DNA of 64,000 nucleotides from an uncultured Pseudomonadota bacterium (GTDB lineage: Bacteria > Myxococcota_A > Bradymonadia > Bradymonadales > GCA-2716585). Positions 59,839 through 64,000 of the stretch are shown one piece after another. The stretch lies in NCBI GenBank assembly GCA_937123825.1, contig CAKZKQ010000781.1, positions 18,434-82,433 on the forward strand, given 5' to 3'. Both the position numbers and the translations under genes were made by a program. The number at the start of each line of letters is the position of its first letter. The stretch's first letter is position 1. A model generated the notes under the pieces. The model saw only the letters and a list, made by a program, of their open reading frames with translations. It made no database searches and had not been told where the DNA came from.

Positions 59839-60531
59839 CTATTGGATGCCCTGTGGCGAGAAAGACAGCGGCAACATGCCGCGCTTGACCATCGCGTCAC
59901 TCATGCGCTGCGCCTGGCGTCCGCTCAGGCGAGCCCAACGTTCGTAAAGCTCGCCCGCATCGATGGTCGACAGCGGACGGCTGAGTCCAATGTTTTCGCT
60001 CAACTCGCGCAACACCTCCACCCATCCGGCAAAGGAATCGGCCAGTTCACCGTAGAGATCGCGGAAGACCTCGCCGCCCTGCCCTCGGATGACAGAAGCC
60101 AACGTCTGATAAGCCCCGCGCCCCATGTCAATGTAGTATCCCACGCCAACAGCGCTGCGCGCCAGTGAGTCGGCAAAGATCCCGGCAATAAAAAGCGCCA
60201 GATCGCCCAGACGCCGATAATGCCGGATGCTCGACGAACCGGACTGTGACACCGCCCGTTGCAGGATCATCGCCAGCGCTTCATCATGCCTGCGCCCATC
60301 CTGGGTGCTGACGCGGTAAAAACGTTCGGCGTCTGCAAAGGTGTCCAAAACCCCAAGAACGTAGACCTCGGTGAACTCCGTGGCCTGGAAACTTTGATTG
60401 TGACGCACTTCTGAGAGCTTCTCGTGGAAATAGGTCCCCAGAGAAGTATACTCTAAGATGCTGACAGGAGGTTTTTTGTCGTGGGATGACGGTTCGGACA
60501 CAATGGCGGCGTTTGTGGGTTTCTTCTTCAT
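59839..60531 (-). CDS. Hypothetical protein
   Basis: Coding-like composition. An SD-like GAGGGA precedes the ATG at 60531. It is on the same strand as, and 37 nt upstream of, the NYN gene. No family recognised. Confidence 0.45.
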   Translation of the reverse strand: MKKKPTNAAIVSEPSSHDKKPPVSILEYTSLGTYFHEKLSEVRHNQSFQATEFTEVYVLGVLDTFADAERFYRVSTQDGRRHDEALAMILQRAVSQSGSSSIRHYRRLGDLALFIAGIFADSLARSAVGVGYYIDMGRGAYQTLASVIRGQGGEVFRDLYGELADSFAGWVEVLRELSENIGLSRPLSTIDAGELYERWARLSGRQAQRMSDAMVKRGMLPLSFSPQGIQ

Positions 60532-60766
60532 GGTCTCGTCCCTCGTAGGCTCGCCCCGGGGCATCACCCCAGGGCCTCAGAGGAGCAAATCGGAGCATGG
60601 ACCGACCACAATCGGGCGGCGGACATGCTCCGGGCCCTTCGTCTGAAGAAGACCCTTCGATTCCACCACCGCCGGTCACAGGCCCCGGACGGGGCTCCAC
60701 GAAAGAACATCGACATGCACGGTCCCGCAGATTGAATCACGGGTCCATCAGACGTCCACGAGGAAC

Positions 60767-62488
60767 ATGTTACAGCAAGCCAAGACGGCCACCAAATCGC
60801 TCGCTCGCCATGGATGGCTGGCGGGGCTGCTGATCCTGATGGCGGCGGCCTTGACGGCGCAACCAGCGCTGGCTCAAGGCAACCCCGACGACAGCGACCC
60901 GCCAGGAGCCCAGGACAGCCCCGCCGCCGCGCGCACCATCGTCTGGTTTCTAGATGACAGCGCCATTGTCGGCGATCAGCCACGCGCCACCGCGCGCAAA
61001 GCCCCGGCGATCCTGCAAAAGATCGTCGAACAATCCCCCGACAAACACATCGTCGCCCTCGACCCTGATCAACTCAGCGATCACATGGCCAGGCTCTCGC
61101 GCCCCACGCCCGATTGCCTCCAGGGGTTGGCCCCCTGCAAAGCCCCGCTGGGCGTGATCATCGAAGGCCTCGGCGCCGACCTGCTCCTGCGCGCCAAGCT
61201 GGGCAACGCTGGCGCGGGCTGGAGCATGGACGTCGAGATGATCGGGCCGACCGGCAGCGTCGTCCTCAAGCGCAGCTTCAAAGTCGGCGGCGTCGACGAC
61301 CAGGGTCAACCCCGTACCCTCGAAGCCGGGCTTGAACAACTGGCCTTTGATGCCGTGCGCGAACTCTTCCAGGCCACCGGCGCCCTGGAGATCGTCACGC
61401 GCCCCGCAGGCGCCCAGGTCGACATCAACGGCCGCCCCGCCGGCGAGTCCCCTCTGATCGTTGAGTTGCCCGTGGGCACCCACGAGCTGCAAATCTCGCT
61501 CGACAACCACCTGCCCTCCAAACACAGCGCCAAGGTCGCCGCAGGCAAGCGCACCAAGCTCGAACTCGACCTCAGCGCCCAGATGGCCACCCTCACCGTC
61601 GACTCCACCCCCGTGCTCGGCGAGGTCTTCATCGACAACCGATCGGTCGGCACCGCGGGCACACCGCTGAGCCTGCCCCCCGGCGAGTACGAACTGGAGA
61701 TCCGCGCCGAAGGCTTCAAGAGCCGCACCCAGCGGATCATCGTCTCGCCCGACGAAAACAAGATCGTCAGCCTCACCCTGGAGCAGCGCCGCCCGCAACT
61801 GCACGTGGCAAGCCTCGGCGAGGTCGATACCGAAGCCATTTTGGCCAGAAACTTCTTCTTGCGGGCCTCTTACCGCTTCACCAGCTTCTCCACCGGGCTG
61901 GCCGACGCCCAGGGGCAACTCGACAACCAGGTCTTCAGCACCGGGGACCTGGTCAGCGCCGACGAAGAGGGCCGCCGGGACTTTGCCTACCACGGCCTGC
62001 ACTTTGACGCCGGGTACCACTGGGAGCACTTTGGGCTGGTGGGTCTGGGGCTGTCGATCTTCTCCAGCGGGGACCGCGCCGAAGGCGCCCTGAAGACCAG
62101 CGACACCCAGCTTGAGGGCGTGCAGTTTGACGACTTTACGCGCCTGGAGCTCAAACCCGCCCAGCTCATCTTCCGCTACCCCTACAAAAACCTCTTCCCC
62201 GCCGTTCAAACCGGCCTGGGCTACTTCAACACATCCTTTGTGGCCGACGCGGGCGACAACGGCACCATCGACCTGGAGCGCGACGGCTTCTTCTGGCACT
62301 TCTCCATCGAGGTCAGCTACTTCTTTGACACCTGGTGGTACGGGTACGCCAACCTGGGCATCCAGCGCGATCTGAGCCACGACGACAGCAGCACCCAGAC
62401 CTTGCTGGGCTTTGGCGTCGGCGTCACCTTCGAAAACCCGCTGAAGTCCTTTGGCATCGGCGAAACCGAACCCCCCAAGGAGTACTGA
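60767..62488 (+). CDS. Secreted protein with two PEGA domains and a C-terminal beta-barrel-like region
   Basis: Signal LLILMAAALTAQPALAQG. PEGA units are LEIVTRPAGAQVDINGRPAGESPL..LPVGTHELQI and LTVDSTPVLGEVFIDNRSVGTAGTPLSLPPGEYELEIRAEGF. The C-terminal part has alternating aromatic/Gly-rich strands (the protein ends GETEPPKEY). Confidence 0.6.
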   Translation: MLQQAKTATKSLARHGWLAGLLILMAAALTAQPALAQGNPDDSDPPGAQDSPAAARTIVWFLDDSAIVGDQPRATARKAPAILQKIVEQSPDKHIVALDPDQLSDHMARLSRPTPDCLQGLAPCKAPLGVIIEGLGADLLLRAKLGNAGAGWSMDVEMIGPTGSVVLKRSFKVGGVDDQGQPRTLEAGLEQLAFDAVRELFQATGALEIVTRPAGAQVDINGRPAGESPLIVELPVGTHELQISLDNHLPSKHSAKVAAGKRTKLELDLSAQMATLTVDSTPVLGEVFIDNRSVGTAGTPLSLPPGEYELEIRAEGFKSRTQRIIVSPDENKIVSLTLEQRRPQLHVASLGEVDTEAILARNFFLRASYRFTSFSTGLADAQGQLDNQVFSTGDLVSADEEGRRDFAYHGLHFDAGYHWEHFGLVGLGLSIFSSGDRAEGALKTSDTQLEGVQFDDFTRLELKPAQLIFRYPYKNLFPAVQTGLGYFNTSFVADAGDNGTIDLERDGFFWHFSIEVSYFFDTWWYGYANLGIQRDLSHDDSSTQTLLGFGVGVTFENPLKSFGIGETEPPKEY

Positions 62489-62491
62489 GCC

Positions 62492-63559
62492 ATGAACGCG
62501 ATCCCACACACCGCGCTGCGTGCCCTGCTCCTGATCGTCCTGGCGCTGGCCATCCCAGCCCAGGCCGCCGCCCAGGATGACAAGGCCGCCGCCGAGGAAG
62601 CCAAAGAAGAAGCCCCCATGCACGTCAAGGAGTCCAACGCGGCCCTTGAACGCGCCCGAGAGGCCTACAACGACGAAAAGTACGAGCAGGCCGCCAGCCT
62701 CTTCCTGCTGGCCTCTCAGATCGATCCCGGCGCCGAACACCACAAAGGCACCCCCTACCGCAACGCCGCCCGCTGCCACTTCTGGCTTGGCCAGTACGAC
62801 AAGGCCGTCTACTGGTACGACGTCTACCTGCGGGGCTGGCCCGACGCCACCGACAAAGCCGACATCAAAGACGAGCGCGCCAGCGCCAACGACCGGCGCA
62901 ACTCTCCCAGTCAGGCCCCAGGCCCTGCCGACATCTACGATCGCTCCCTGCTGGAGCTGGTCGATACCCTCAAGCTGCGCCTGGAGAGCGGCGCCCCGGC
63001 CTACACCGCCGACGGCGGCGGCACCACGCGCCTCTACCGACGCGCCATTGAACTTGGCTACAGCGACCCCGTCCTGTCCCAGTGGTCCGCCACGCTGCGC
63101 AGCAAGCTCCTTGATGAGCTTCAAACCCGCTGGAAGCCTCGCCAGTCCTCCCCGCTGCCCGACATCAGCCCCAACGCTGAAGGGCTCGACGTCAGCCGCG
63201 GGCGGCTGGCCAACTTGCGCTCGTTGGCGCCCCGCTCCTCCCAGATGGACCTCGTGGTGGCCTACCAGCGCTTTTTGAACGCGTGGGGCGAGTATTTCAA
63301 TGAGAAGTACGAAGACGCCGCGGAGTCCTTTTTGGACGCGGCCCAGGTCATGCCCGGCATGACCTACCTGCCCTACGCCAGCGCGCTTGCGCATCTGCGC
63401 AGCGGCAACCCAGAGGCCGCCGTCGCCACGCTTCAGTCGGCGGTCCCCGGCGCGCCCGACGCCATGAAGCCCTACTACGACCTGCTGCGCGCCGAGGCGC
63501 TGATGCTCCTGGGCCGCCACAAAGACGCCGCACAGCTTTATCTGGAGCGTGGCCGCTGA
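62492..63559 (+). CDS. Secreted TPR-like protein
   Basis: AAGGAG precedes the ATG at 62492, 4 nt after the upstream stop. Signal LLLIVLALAIPAQAAAQ. TPR-like segments are AYNDEKYEQAASLFLLASQIDP and HFWLGQYDKAVYWYDVYL. Confidence 0.55.
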   Translation: MNAIPHTALRALLLIVLALAIPAQAAAQDDKAAAEEAKEEAPMHVKESNAALERAREAYNDEKYEQAASLFLLASQIDPGAEHHKGTPYRNAARCHFWLGQYDKAVYWYDVYLRGWPDATDKADIKDERASANDRRNSPSQAPGPADIYDRSLLELVDTLKLRLESGAPAYTADGGGTTRLYRRAIELGYSDPVLSQWSATLRSKLLDELQTRWKPRQSSPLPDISPNAEGLDVSRGRLANLRSLAPRSSQMDLVVAYQRFLNAWGEYFNEKYEDAAESFLDAAQVMPGMTYLPYASALAHLRSGNPEAAVATLQSAVPGAPDAMKPYYDLLRAEALMLLGRHKDAAQLYLERGR

Positions 63560-63590
63560 ATTTGTCCCTTCTTGTGTGTTTTTGAACGTC

Positions 63591-63640
63591 AAAAGGCCAT
63601 CGGAGTCACCCATCAGGGTCTCGACGATGGCCTTTTTCTT
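63591..63640 (+). terminator. Rho-independent terminator
   Basis: aaaaggccatcg (63591-63602) pairs with cgatggcctttt (63625-63636), followed by a T-run. Confidence 0.6.
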
Positions 63641-63766
63641 TGACGATGGGGGGCTGCCGCCCCCCTCATGCCCCCCGCTTTTTGCTACAACGGCGGTCGC
63701 GGGCGGCTTGGGATGGGGGCCAGCCCCCAAACCCCCGGCAGGACCCGCAGTCCTGCACCTGCGGTT

Positions 63767-64000
63767 TTAGCGCAGCACCATGCGTGTATACGCACCGATG
63801 AAGAACGTGATCAGGATGATGCCGATGATCATCTCGGTCGTGTATAAGACCTTGAATGTCCCTGGCGATACCTTTGACTTCCAGTCACGCGCGCGCCCCA
63901 GGAACGAGTGGAAGCTGACCATGAACATGGCGTAGAGCGGCAGGTCTCGGAACTTGATTGTCTCGTTGTCCCAGTCCACCAACATGTCCGCGCAGAAGAG
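63767..64000 (-). CDS. Membrane protein fragment (C-terminal part; the ORF may continue past the right window edge)
   Basis: The frame stays open upstream of the ATG at 63985 to nt 64000. A C-terminal TM segment is MIIGIILITFFIGAY. Confidence 0.35.
   Translation of the reverse strand, partial: LFCADMLVDWDNETIKFRDLPLYAMFMVSFHSFLGRARDWKSKVSPGTFKVLYTTEMIIGIILITFFIGAYTRMVLR

Noticed and set aside
60950-63730. 926-aa minus-strand ORF
   Set aside because: It is antisense to two plus-strand genes that have signal peptides, SD sequences and PEGA/TPR features. Its composition (Gly/Ala/Val/Arg) is shadow-like, and it spans an intergenic junction and a terminator.

Overview
GC-rich bacterial chromosomal window (GC not computed). 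I saw no rRNA, CRISPR array, transposase or integrase. The backbone is the conserved minus-strand translation cluster at 33.2-39.3 kb: tRNA-Thr/Tyr/Gly/Thr, tuf, tRNA-Trp, secE, nusG, rplK, rplA, rplJ, rplL. It is followed by rlmB and two tandem groES-groEL operons (40.6-44.9 kb) that share a 1042-bp block of 100% nucleotide identity. Other housekeeping genes are a ppgK-like ROK kinase, deoB-deoA, rpoZ and a creD-like gene. The rest looks accessory. Its style (Cys + helix + Arg-cluster C-terminal sorting tags, PEGA/TPR proteins, a Ser/Thr kinase, giant PKD/Ig adhesins, Cys-rich lipoproteins) suggests a Myxococcota/Bradymonadia-like lineage, which is inference only. Most noteworthy: (1) a divergent four-gene cluster at 13.5-22.6 kb. 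It pairs an AAA_5/MoxR-like ATPase with a 1158-aa HEAT + HExxH + vWA(MIDAS) partner, facing a membrane protein coupled to a HEAT + aldo/keto-reductase fusion. I cannot place it in any characterised ATPase/vWA pair. (2) A DUF692(MNIO)/DUF2063 RiPP cassette whose precursor is a lipoprotein with five (E)GKCG repeats (HvfABC-like). (3) Directly upstream of it, four tRNA genes built on one shared acceptor/D/T scaffold, all with a U discriminator, one with an aberrant anticodon loop. (4) A 1.37-kb ORF-free, hairpin- and GNRA-rich region ending in an intrinsic terminator. (5) Gene conversion between the groEL paralogs, which have different C-terminal tails and a CIRCE operator only on the distal operon. 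Many long ORFs in the six-frame track are antisense or off-frame shadows of real genes in GC-rich DNA and were rejected.
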